This document shows, one piece after another, positions 51,438 to 64,000 of a stretch of 64,000 nucleotides of DNA. Below the pieces are notes generated by a model, which saw only the letters and a list, made by a program, of their open reading frames with translations, was not told where the DNA came from and made no database searches. A program made the translations under genes and the position numbers. This DNA comes from Balanoglossus misakiensis (Eukaryota; Animalia; Hemichordata): positions 7,149,919 through 7,213,918 of the forward strand of contig CM082584.2 in the NCBI GenBank assembly GCA_040954595.2, in the 5' to 3' direction. Every line of letters begins with the position of its first letter. Within the stretch, counting starts at the first letter, position 1.

Positions 51438-54400
51438 TTAATTCGAAATGCCAAAATTTATTCCAGTCTACATAAAATCATTCTGACACATTAAATTAAT
51501 AACACAAACTTTTGACCAGAACAGACCCCCATAACTGACTGTTTCGTTTGCCATTTCGCCGTATCCGCTGGCCGCTATAATACCGCCACCATGCGGTAAT
51601 ACACTGCACGCAGCCAGCTGCTAATCATATGCAAATACCACCCACGCCACGATAAATGAAAGGCTGCGCTGCGTAGGTGATTATTCACAGGTGTTTGATA
51701 CCGGAGGAAATACTTCGCTGATGATGTCATCCTGTCTATGAGTCCGTGTATTTATCACCATTCAGCTGTTATGAACAGAACGTGAACAAGATTGGCTCTA
51801 AGCTGTCACAGGTGGGTGTTTATGCATGTTATGTGTGAAATATTTGTGAAATGAACATGTACCGCGCGCTCGGACGCGAGACAGAGCGCGTTTTTTAGTT
51901 TGCCCGTCTCGCACCCAGGTGGGTCTCGGCCCCAGCCTGACGATATCACTTTACACTTTTAGGTTATTGGCAACAACACGTAGCGGTGTTTATGAATAAG
52001 TTGTCCAGACCAGACACGGGGCTGTGGTAGTGTTTAAGTGCCCAGCGAAGTGTGAATGCGATCATGTTTTGCCCGGCGGACATCTCGATCGGCAGCTGTG
52101 ATGTTTATTTTTGGCTTCCCTGCTCTCTCAGTGTTGTTGTGTCCTGTTCGATGATGGCACGAATTATAAACCAACTTATCAGTTTGCTTCGTAATCAACG
52201 TCCATTCACTCACTGATCAGTGGCGTGAAGTAAACCTTATGCCACGCCGGTAGCTGCAAACGGCGGCGTAAAGATCGTATGTGATTCGTCACACTCAAAG
52301 AAATTAAATAAGATTCACTTTTACATATGATGTCAATTTCAAAACCGTACCCCCCCCCTCCGTGTTTTAAGAAACTTTTCCCAGAAACGACACATTTCTG
52401 ATGCTATATTTAGTGGTGACATGTATATAGATGTCATTCAACTGTTAATTAGCGCCAGGCAATTACAGTGACCTATTAAAATTCGACATTGTGAAGAGTG
52501 AATGGCTTGTTGTAGTGTGAATAAGGAAAAGATACCATTCATTGTCTTTGGAATATTGTACTTGTCGGGCAGAGATGGGGGGGGGGGGGGGTCACAGACC
52601 TTTTGCATAGAAATAGAAAATTCAAATGTATTTCAGACAGATGTCGACAAAGGCTAACACTAACAACACACACAAAGGCACAACACAAGAACAGCAAATA
52701 ACATTTGGTTAAAAAAAGAAAACAGAGATGCGGAAAATTGTTCTCATTGATACTGTCGAGACTGATCGTACACCCATGACATTCGTTCACAAAAGAAAAC
52801 AATTAAAACATTGATATGGTAGAAATTGAAGCCCTACAATTGACTACACATCCCCTTTGTGTGTGAGTTTTGTGAGACATGAAACGTTTTAAATTGTTCT
52901 ACCCTCCTACACAGCTCATCATAAATAAAATACTCATTTCTTGTATAATTATCACAATACATTGGCATCAAACTATTGTTGTTGTTCCAAGGTGAGAGGA
53001 GGCTTATATTTGCTATCTGTAGCCAACAGATAATGATTTGATTAATCTCTAATTAGATTTTAAGAATTTTAGAATTACATGTATATAAATTTTAAAATGA
53101 AGCATCACAGATGAAAACATCTATCAGTATTGTTTGTCAGTATAGGGGTCAATGAACCCAGTAGTGAGAGAGAGACACTATTTTTAGCTGATAATCACCG
53201 TAATCCATTTCCATGGTAACCGCTGATGATGAGTAAGATAACCGATATGACATTGAAACCTTGGGTTGCTAAGAGGGAGGAGACTGGTTTTCATTTCCTG
53301 CCTTCCAGAAAGATCTCTCTCTCTCTCTTTGAATCATCATTCTTAGTGCCAATGACTGATAGTTCACCTATAGAGGTGGCGTTATCCATTCAACCGTATA
53401 TTGATTCCCTGTATTTTTTACCCGCAACTGCTCTGTGTATATTATAGGTATACTGAAGGTCATCGACCGATCTTTCAGTCAGTTCACTCCACTCTAAAAC
53501 AACAACACAAAACAATCTGAATACAATGGATATTTCTCTATTGTTCATAACAATTGTCACAATTAATGTCCATATGTGTATGCTTATGATCTTTCACATT
53601 TTAATTATCTTCTATAATATCTACCATTTTTAGCATAATAAATTGCTCGAGTTTTATGTAATCAGCACACGTTTATTACATGTGTTGAATGGCATTGCAT
53701 GGATAGAATGATATATTTCTTGCAGTGATTGGTTACCCCCCCCCCCCCCACCCGTCATTGAAATTGTGAGAGGCATAATAGACCATCATTGACATTGTTT
53801 TTACGACCTCGTTACAAATTTTCAATCATGTCTGAATTTACCTTTTAAAAACAGGAAATAGGACGAGGAGATTTATGAACAACTTCCGGTAGGTTCAGAG
53901 TGGGTCTGCTGGTTTTGAAACAACAGATCAATACTGCTGAGTGGTATTACTTAAAGAAGAGGGCCAGGTCATGACCCTGAGAGGGCCATTGGGAAAAAAA
54001 TAAAAACTAGACAAAGAGGATTTGGGGTACAATAGGGATGGCAAAGAAATTCGGATAAAAACTGAGTTATAAAAGTTAAAAGTCCATTAGCTTTAACTTT
54101 GGGCTGTTTGCTTAGCCACTCTGTTCTTTGTGTCAACTGCAATTTCATGTTCAAATCCTTGAGTTAAACCACGATGGGGAAATGGCAAGTAGTTTGGCAG
54201 CACGCCTCGAGAAATTTATCGCCTCTGCATAGGTTCAGATGCGAAACACATGGGACTCTGTCATTTGGTATGTTTCCCATTACGTGCGCACGTGCGCAGA
54301 TACATATAATTACATGAAAGCGGTTGATAGAACTGATACATGGTGTGTTAACAGTTGAAAAAACTGTTCATCAATGACACAATCATTGTGTTTGGAAACG

Positions 54401-57400
54401 GCAAGAGTTGTGTGTACTGAAGTTTAGAAAAGGTCATGAGTACCAATATAATGTATTGGAGAACACCTGATAGTACAAGCAAACAAGCATTGGTATACCA
54501 TACGCTGTAGGTTTTGTCCTGCGTAAGGTCAACATGTTCGTGGTGTTAGGTGATAGTGAAATGAAGATGTTTGGATATTAAAACACGCTGAACCAGCTTA
54601 AATTGAAGCACATCAAGATTGTTGTCACGGTTTATCATAGCTCCTAAAACTATTCTCTTGGGATTAATTAGCCAGAGTGTAGAGCCGGTGCATAATCAGC
54701 TTTACCCCACCGTTTCCACGGTTACAGAACTCTTAAGAAGACAGCTAGGTATTTGTAGAACAGTGGGGTGTGTTTAGTCGTCAGTACATTCGACTGGAAA
54801 AGTGGCCTGTAACAGACACTACATTGTTGTTTGGCAATGCTTGACCCAACGGCGGCAGCGTTGCCTTGCAATGGAGTCACTGTGACTCACCTTGTGTTGT
54901 TGTCGTGGCGACTTACGGGAGGGGGAGGTCTTGAACTTCCGCAGTGTCTTGGGTTACCTTGTAGTAAGCCCTTGCCTGCAGGGTAGATACATGTACGGCG
55001 CAAATGACTTCCACAACCATGGAGAAATACTGCAGCTGTGTTTCCATAGGGTCAAGTGTCTTGCGACAGGCTTTTTCAAGAAAGGGGAGTTTGTGAGACT
55101 AATTTTACTTAAGGGTTTTTGTGTGTATAGTCTGCAGTTGTGTAGAAACTGCCAAGTCCAGCTGGACCACCACTGAAAACAATCCCACAAGCAATTGTTA
55201 GGGATGGAAAACAAATTTAACTACCTTACAATCCTTGAACTAACACTATACACATGTCATCGTTTTTCCATCCGTGCATTTCAGGTCACAGTGCCATGTT
55301 TAATTTGTCAAAACAGTCAAATGCCGATCCCAGAGATGTGTACTGTACAGAGCAATAGAATCAGGATTTCTATTCTAAACATTGTTGACAAAGTTTACAG
55401 ACAGCTTGCTCGAATGCTTATAATCAGTGGAGTTTGCGACATGTATATGTTGTTCTCTAGACTGGGCTACAATTTTTACACACAGTACAAGTACCAGGGG
55501 TACATCTATCATATTACAAATATTTCATATGGTTTCTGTCTTGGTAGGATTTTATGATATCGTTATGAATATGACAATTAAAATCTTTGAAACTAAAATC
55601 CCATTAACATCCTGTTTTATTAACAGAGAGAGAGAGTGACTCACTGAAAAATGGTATCAAATTTTCTAAGACTAAAGGAGGTTTTGATTAGGAAATTGAG
55701 TTTAAATATCAATATGGACTGATAGACTTCCTGTTATCTGTGAGGTGTCATACCCTATTTTACATTGATACATTTTTTAAATCATTCTGTTGGATTAATA
55801 CCTATTGATAAAAAATAAAAGAATTTATCATAAAAATAAAGTTTACAACTAATTTTCGAATGTTAATAATAACCTGAGAACATTTGATCATTTCCAAGAA
55901 TTTTGAAATACATATTTGAATATCAAGGAAAGTTATACCTGTACTTCGGACATTTTTGACCTTTGACCCCTGATGAACACATGCCAGATGTATTATGGGA
56001 GGAAGGAGGGAAAGTTTCTTTTTGAAAAAAAAATAGAAAAGTTTCCAAGTTCATTACATTGTGGAAAACATTGTCCAAACAGCAGTAGACCTTCAGTTTG
56101 ACTTTGCACAGTAGAAGAATACCCATTATCACATCAGCAGTTACATGCACACCCTAATCTTTTGCATGTTTGAACATACTGTATGTACACAGACATTTTA
56201 AACTTAATCTTAATCTCGCATACAAGTGTAGACTGTCTTAATGTTTGCTAGTTTGGGATGCAAATACATTAAAGAAAAACATTTATTTTCACAAGCATTT
56301 GTCTTTGCTTAATTATGTCCTCTTCACTAGACCTGCTAAAGATGTGAGTAAGATTAAAGACAACATTGCTTTTCCAGGTAGTTTGATAAAACCACTGTCA
56401 TTTTGTCCTGATTTTTTCTCTGAAAACATTGACTCTTGTTTGTGTAGGAGGGCCACATTTTACAGTCATGCATACATGCTAATATCATAATACATGTTTT
56501 TAAAACCAACCTTTTAATTATGAGTTATGGGAGTAAAGACGGGACAATTGACGTGTGTATTAAAGATGGAGTATATTCTTGGAATAATGTGTTGAAACTT
56601 TGGTGTCGCATTGTGGATGTTGATAAGAGATACTGTATCATAGATATTTTGTCTAGAAATCTTCAAGATGATTTAAACATAGCACAGGCAGACATAATAT
56701 AAGACGTCAACGTGTCAGCTATCCTGATATCAGCGAATTCATTCCAATCTTTCCTTAGAATACTGATATTATTCCGGACACAATTGGCATGATAGGAGTG
56801 CTGGAATGCCTTTTCCTGTGATAACATTTAATGATATTTTCAAAACTGTCAGCTGTTGTATAAATATTATAAAAAAAGTAATTTGATACAGTTCTTGCAG
56901 ACACACGATTTCCCTGTAAAAACTATCAAGCTAATTGTCATCAAAATCTTGCGACGTAATGTCATTCACTTCTAATAAGAGGAACTTCATGTAGTTGTCC
57001 TTTTCCCCTTTCATCTAGGTCCACCATACACGCAGACTGAAATAATCTAGTGTGAAGCATGAACTTCACACATCATGATTTTTCATCAAAATGGGGAATT
57101 AACAGTGGGCTTGGGGAATTTTATTTGAAATGTTAATTTGTAAGAGATTAAGCCACGCATGACATAACCACTGAATCTACTCTACGTAATTTCTTAAAAG
57201 TCAGAATTGTAGACTCGTTTGGTGTGATGGATGAGCGAGGTCGCGGGGTCACAACGTAATCAGGCAGTGAGAGTATAGAGTTGCAATGCAGGAAGCCACA
57301 TTCAGAGGATTAGCACGGGCCCAGTAGACACAATATTCCTGCACCCTGTTGAAGTCAACAGCCCGGCTATGGGGCGCAGTTGCAGCGATACGATACGATT

Positions 57401-58409
57401 ATGACTCGATAAGCTACGTGTTCGGTTGCAAGCTAAGGCAAGTGCGGATGATTCATCCAAAAAGTGCTCCAGAAAGTTCTACAGAGCTGCTCTATAGTCA
57501 GTGAGAGGAAAAGGCTTTGGTGACAGGTCTCTTCACGAACATCTTTTTCATTCACATGTACAGCACAGAACGCGCACTGCTGTCGGTAACTTAAATCCAG
57601 CCCAGTTTCATTCAGTCTCCATCTGTTCTTCTCATCAGGATTTGGTACTTATTGGATATTATTATAAACTGTGGTCTCCCGGGATTTTCAAGGAATACTC
57701 GACCAAAGTACTTTGTTAAGGTAAGTTCATGTCAGTTCACACTCACCACATTACGAATGAAATATGGGCACCGCATGCAGTTTTATCCCAATTAAGACGT
57801 AGGTTCTCGAAGAAGTTGACTTGTTTCTTGCGATGCAGGAATGCAAACTTCAAATTCCACTGTTTTCCTCCAAGACTTTTGAAATGTAAGTTAAAACTAT
57901 GCTGTATGTCTGATGCACTAGTCAATAAATGCAAAAAAAAAAGAGGTTGATTTTATGTCATATGTGTACTCTACCAAAAAGTGTCAATTTCCATGTACAT
58001 TGAAGTTGCAACTCCGAAAGTTCTAATAAAATTCTTCCAAGTTCCACACCCCCAGAAAGGACTGCATAGTTTTTGTGTCATTTCTAATTAGTCTGAGCAT
58101 GGAGTTACTACAGGTACCGCCGATGGCTCGAAATGTTCAGCATTTTTTTGAAGGGTGTGTGACCTCAGGCCCCAGGATTCTACATGTATGCTTAAGTAAG
58201 GTTCAGTCTTTGCAGAGCTACTAAGATCTGGATGAACACAAATATATATGTGACACGCAGGGTGTTTTTACTACATTACATAAACAGGCCATTGAAGTTA
58301 GTTTACACTGGCACAGAAGTTGATGGCACAAATATGTGGGTTATGTGTGTCAGCCGTTTGGCCAATACATCTTAGGCTGTCACCACCACATTGTGGTTAA
58401 ACCCAAGTA

Positions 58410-58615
58410 CTGTGAAACACTTTATTTTCGCGAGCAATAAATTTCCGCGAAATACGCGAGAGCCAAAATAGCATGAAAATAAAAGTTGCGTAAATTTTTT
58501 CGAAGATAACGATGCAGTGAATGAAATAAGAGAACGCGAAAATTAATACTCGCGAAACAGTGGCCTCTCTCGATATTGCGAACATTTCAACTCGCGAAAA
58601 TAAGGTGTTTTACAG
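58410..58615. mobile_element. 206-bp MITE with TA target-site duplication (Tc1/mariner-type)
   Basis: TA-CTGTGAAACACTTTATTTTCGCGAG ... CTCGCGAAAATAAGGTGTTTTACAG-TA: a 25-bp TIR with 2 mismatches. Internal CGCGAAA subrepeats. Confidence 0.85.
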
Positions 58616-61600
58616 TATTTTCAATGGTGCAGTTGGACCCTGACACATGCTAAGATGGGGAGGGGGTGTTTGTGAGGGTAACAGGTTTCTCAGAGGAAAT
58701 AGCTGGATATAAAAAAAGATCTCTCACGCAAGACATTCTGTATTCTCCCTCCATATGTATTTGCAGCCTCTACTGCAACCCTCTCGAACATTAGATTTGG
58801 TTTGATCTCACTCCATAAGGACATTTTGCATTTTGTCTGAAGGGTATACTTTTGTTGCTGGCAAGTAATTCATTTTATGTGACCTACTTGCATTGCACAA
58901 GACCACTCTAATTAATTAGATCTCAAAAATATTCGAGAATCTCACCGGGCATTTTCAGACTGCAAATCCCTACATCAGTGCGAAAACAACACCCAGCTGG
59001 ATGCTAAACTAAATATATTCAAAATGGCGTAACATACACATGCAACATTTGAAGGGAAAGTATATCATTGTGAAATTGTACAAGGTACACAGCAGAAATT
59101 CTAAATATTTTAACTGAACACACTGACACAGTTCTTTTTATAGTTCCTAAGAAATAAATCTCTTTTGTAACGTCATAAATTTCCCTGTAATTATAGGTTT
59201 AGAAACTGGCGCAAGTTTATAAATTAAGTAGCTCTCCTAAAGATTTTCAACCCATCCATTGTAATATGACAGGACGGGAGGGGAGACAGCATGCAATACA
59301 GCTGCGGGCAGTGTGTTAAATGAACCAATCATTTCGTTATGGTCATTTGAGGTTTTTCGTAACGAATGATAGATGGTTTGCCAGTGAAATGAGTCGGTAA
59401 TTTTAGAAAAAAAAACAAGTGTTCCGAATCCAGCTTACTTGCTCCCGGCTGTCGGACATAAATAGCTGCGAAATGGGGGCAGGTGTGTCTGGCATGATAA
59501 AGCTATATGCAGTGAAATGTAGTTCATACCCAACTTGAAAAAATTAAAATGTTAAAAGCAAGTTTCACACTGACCAACTTCTGGCATTAATTGGGGACAG
59601 TCCAAAGACTGAGCGAGTACACAGCAGAACTTTCAGAGATATTGAACATAATACATGTACTGTGAGTGACACCTTTGTTTGCCAGCATTTTGTGTTTGTG
59701 TTGTCACGATCCGGCTTAGTCAGAATAATTACACTCCCTTCTGTGTGGCCACTCGGAAATCGAATCTGCTATTTTTAGGATAGGTCAAGACTTGTACTTG
59801 TAGAACGCACACAGGTGAGTATGTATAAAGTGACAAGTGGTGTTATCGAGTGTGGTCCGCAAACTGTTCTTACAATGTACATGTCTGCTTCTGTGGCGGC
59901 CATCTTGATTGATGGCGTTGCCGAGGTGTATCTATGAACCTGGATTTAGCCTTGACATTGGAAGTAACATTCCTTGGTTAGCCGAGACTGCTTGTATGAA
60001 GGTGAAGGGATAAAAGTTGTCATTGTCCCTCTACGGCGCTAGGGTTACCGCTATTGTTGTTTGGTCGGCAAGACGTGTCATTTATAACCGGCCGTTTGTT
60101 TTCTTGGCACTCGCACGCTGCTCTCGTTTTGGCACTGGAATTTTAATTTTTCAAAGCAAGAACCTTGGAATTGGAATTCTTTAGTAACCACAGACTGTCT
60201 AGGGTATAAGACCACACCAACGCTGAAGATTTGGCCATCTTGAATGACATTTTCACATCACATAAGTTTCACATACTTCATAGGAATGAAAGAACACACA
60301 CACGCATACACACTGTCACATACATGTAGCATTGCCAATGGTGCCATTTGAAAATATGTTGTCCTGTATTCACCCAAGCAGTGCAATTTAGTCATGTGTA
60401 GTCTTTTTTATCTGCGGGTTTTTAGTCAGGGTGGTATTTTAATTTTGTTTATCTTTCCCTAGTACGTGTCCACAGTCAAAGTATGCATGACAAAATCGAC
60501 ATCCTGTGTTCATGAGAAAATACAACTCGCCAGGTGTGCTGTGCTGTGTTGATATGGTGTGTGTCCACATGATGGCCATGACACAATTCAGACTTCCCCG
60601 TCAGGTCATGTCTTAGACCGGGACCAAGTACTTATAAGTAAACACACTCAGAATTCCTGAGTTCACTCTGCCAACCAATAGTGAACCGTGCGCCCTCCCC
60701 TAAGGCAGAAAATTCCGACCGTAAGCTGGAAATTTAGACACACCGCATCTGACCCGATTTTCATGTACTTGAGTGGTTTTTCAACTAAGGTGGGATGTTG
60801 GATGTGGTTTTAGGGACTTTCAGGAAATTGTGAGTACCTGTCTCAGTTTGTGTTCAGTCTGAGCTATAAATTTTCCCACGTTTTATGATGTACGATCTAT
60901 CTGAATGCACATGTAAGTTATGATGTCATGTCATTTAAATTGGGTCTATGGAAATGAGCTGTTGAGATTGAAGTACAGTCAGTGAGGAGATATATAAATA
61001 TTTGGAGAAGGAAAGTTCATTTATTTTTCAACAAAATTCATTGCAGGCAGTCGCAAGCACACATAAATCACACACAGTTGGAATTTTTTTTTCAGGCTAC
61101 ATCCAAAACTTCAGATTCGAATCTGCGCAATTACTGTGTTTCAATGGGAGGAAAGTTAGAAAAATTGAGACAATACCGGTAATTATGGTATCCCCATGAT
61201 TGTCTACGTTGTTTCAGCCAACGTACATTAAATACACATAGTGATGGAGATTTTCTGTGAACAGCCAGTGAGCCTGACTAAGTAACAACCCTTTTAACCG
61301 GAAAACCTGTATCCACTCTAACTCCATTCACAAAAGTTATACATCAGACCGTTAATAGTGTTGTCTGTGGCTAGCAGTGACCCACTGAGAGATCTGTAAT
61401 ATGAGATGTTTGCAGACGCAAGTGCCGTCTGCTCTGGCAGGCGTTGTGGCACTTGGTCTTCTTGGTGGATATAAGGGATCGTCTCAGATTGTTGTTCAAC
61501 AATTTGTTTTTGTTTTTTCCATTTAGATCAAATTTCGTTTTCATCCTCCTTCTCCCCCTCCTCCTCAAATCGAAACTTCAAAAGGGCAGTTTTGATCACT

Positions 61601-62639
61601 GTTGGCCGCAAAGGTAACAATTTGCTGTACTATGCTTTTGACAATACACCCCAGTTATTCTTCATTAAGGTGTACATGTATGTGTACAAGAAAGAAAATA
61701 CAGGCATCAAACTTTGGCCCCCTTATACATGTGAAAGTGAAGTTCACCAATTGAATTGAGGTCATATATCCCCTTCCCTGTAAAACAGAAAAAATTCAGT
61801 TTGAACTTATTAGACAAATGTGAGATGGTCCCTCATAATTGACAGTCTTGATGGTGTGTGTGTGTGTGTGCAATGCATAGTGGTGAATCACATTAACTAT
61901 CAGAGTCTACTCAGACAGATTGGTCGCTACTCGAGAAAGTTTTCACGCTCTGAGAAAAACAAGTGGGCATTACTTGTCCTGGTTCAGTCGATGGACAACG
62001 TACATCAGTATATCGCCATCATGTAATACCAGTCATGCAAAACCTGTAATGGATGATTTGGAGATAACTGCCAGCGATCTGCAGTGGAATTTCATCCCTT
62101 AATGAGAGTTTGTGATCAAAGCGCATCTTAATGAAGCATCATTGAATGTATAGGCTGTTTTTAATTCTGTTCAGATGGCTCTCATTATATCATGCTCCTC
62201 TCTAGATATTTCATGACGTAGAGTTTCTGATAACGCTGGCGCTGTTTTGGCTATTATGTAATTTTTCGGTCACGGAACATCAGATATAAATTTAAGAAAT
62301 TGCTTGCATATTCAGTTAATTTTAGAAATTCGGTCAGAGTCTTCCCAATGCTGCTCTGGTGTCTGCAGCCGTGAGGTCTTACGGTGACTCCCGTGATTTT
62401 ACAAGGATTTCTCTGCCTCAGCACCCTGGAGTACAGTCTTTGGCTTTCACAATGTTCAGTGCTGCTACTAGAATTGAGAAAAAAAACACTTTTGGACTAG
62501 TATCGCTCATCGCCTGGCCTGGAATGTTAATGCTTCTGATGTTGAAAAATGCACACAGCATGTTTAGATCCACAGTTCAGTTGATTTCCGTTACAGCTTA
62601 TGTTGTTTACCTTGGGGTCACTCAACTGATAAAAAAGGT

Positions 62640-62830
62640 GTATTGTGTGTATGCGTAGATGTACATGTGTGTGTGTGTGTGTGTGGATGCTTCTATCTGT
62701 GTGTGTTTGTCTTTATACAAGTATGTACAATGTGTATGTATGTACATGCATCATACATGTGTGTGTCATGATGTACATGTACAAATGTATGTGTGTACAT
62801 AATGTGTATGTATGTATTCATGTCGTACAC
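62640..62830. repeat. TG/TGTA-rich degenerate simple repeat
   Basis: (TG)n and TGTACA/TGTA runs. Confidence 0.8.
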
Positions 62831-63342
62831 AAATAAATGTATCACAGGCCTTGTAGGCATTCTGTCCTGTCCTCAGTTGTCAGTCAACATAGAGGCTGTC
62901 TAAGGAGTCATTTCAGGTCATGTGTGCATGGGTAATTACAATCACATTGGGGGCAAACAGCCAGCTGGATGTCATTACACAGGTGGTGATTAATGACCCT
63001 AATTAGTTTAAGATAATCAAATGTTTGTTTAGACAATTAGCTGTGAAGTAATAGAAGGCAACCATAAAAATTGGATTAGGGGAATTTGATTAGGAGACCC
63101 AATTACTCAGAGTTTATGTGAGTCTGTGAACTTAAAGTGTATACATACAAGGACATGTAAATAGTGGACCCACAGTGTGTGTTTATGTTTGTGGTCAGAA
63201 CTCTGTGTTTATTTTTTTGGCAGGGCTAGTGGCCCCAAGAGGGGACTTGCTTGTTTCTGGTATGTACACTTGTACTTGGGGTCTGAGAGGGGGAAGTATT
63301 TGTTGACAGATACATGTAAAAGTAGTTGACGCAATTCATGTT

Positions 63343-63369
63343 TGCTGTGCTGTGCTGTGCTGTGCTGTA
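63343..63369. repeat. (TGCTG)n pentamer microsatellite
   Basis: About 5 units, direct reading. Confidence 0.85.
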
Positions 63370-64000
63370 GGAAATAGGCGAAGTCAGCAGTCAGCAACAT
63401 TTTTCCACATAAAAATTTGTAAGCTTGTTTTATTTTTGTGTAATTTTAATCACATACCCCTTTAAAATTAAGGTCTTGGCACAAAATAGAAGTATGTTTT
63501 GGGGTAATTATATCTGAATTCAGTTTAGGCAAGAATTGCCTAATTGAAAAGTTTTAAGTACCTAACAAGGAGGGCAATAGGCATGGTAGCCCAAGACAGA
63601 TTTCACCATCAGCTATAAGAAACTTAAATGATAGTAAGAGTCAGTCATCTACCGACATACACTTTTTTCATTGTCATGTGAGCAAATGTTGGCGATTCAA
63701 ACTGTGAAAGTTTCGAAAGAGTATACGCCATTGGAACCGATCCCAAGAGATTAAAATTTTTTCAGAGATACTTCATATCTTTTTCCGTTGAGTGCTGGGT
63801 TTCCTGTCGAACCGTCTCCGTGAATGAGTCTCATTCTTTGTGGCCCATTCATTGCTATTCTAGTCCGATCGGCGGTGGCGTGCACGTGAGCCGGCAAAGT
63901 AGAACGGATGACCTCTGGCTATTAACACAGCATTGTTCGCGCGGAGAAAGGCGATTGTGGGCCCGAACGGTTGCCCTGCAGTCACAGAAATTTCCCATGG

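Noticed and set aside
44600-64000. Numerous 60-150-aa ORFs in the right-hand region
   Set aside because: No domain motifs, many start at non-ATG codons, and the composition is typical of AT-rich non-coding DNA. No tRNA or rRNA could be recognised.

Overview
Eukaryotic, AT-rich, intron-containing genomic DNA. It is probably from a marine invertebrate animal; that is an inference from gene content and repeat style only. From left to right: (1) the last exons of an unidentified + strand gene ending in an acidic tail with a PDZ-type terminus; (2) three intronless, minus-strand class A (rhodopsin-like) GPCR paralogues; (3) a ~20.8-kb, ~236-copy, very homogeneous 88-bp satellite array inserted between GPCR copies 1 and 2; (4) a PGGHG/ATHL1-like GH65 glucosidase with 11 coding exons, an N-terminal signal peptide and a GPI-like C-terminus; (5) a typical 2-Cys peroxiredoxin (PRDX1/2-like, 199 aa) with 6 coding exons; (6) ~19 kb of non-coding DNA with MITEs, microsatellites and CpG-rich promoter/enhancer candidates. 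The most notable observations concern the satellite: layered age structure, recurrent precise hairpin deletions, kb-scale higher-order duplications, and an inverted solo ancestral-type copy inside a PGGHG intron next to a foldback MITE. Also notable are the probably surface-anchored PGGHG and the mosaic, non-aminergic GPCR cluster. Exon coordinates were read by hand and checked for phase and total length. No database searches were possible.
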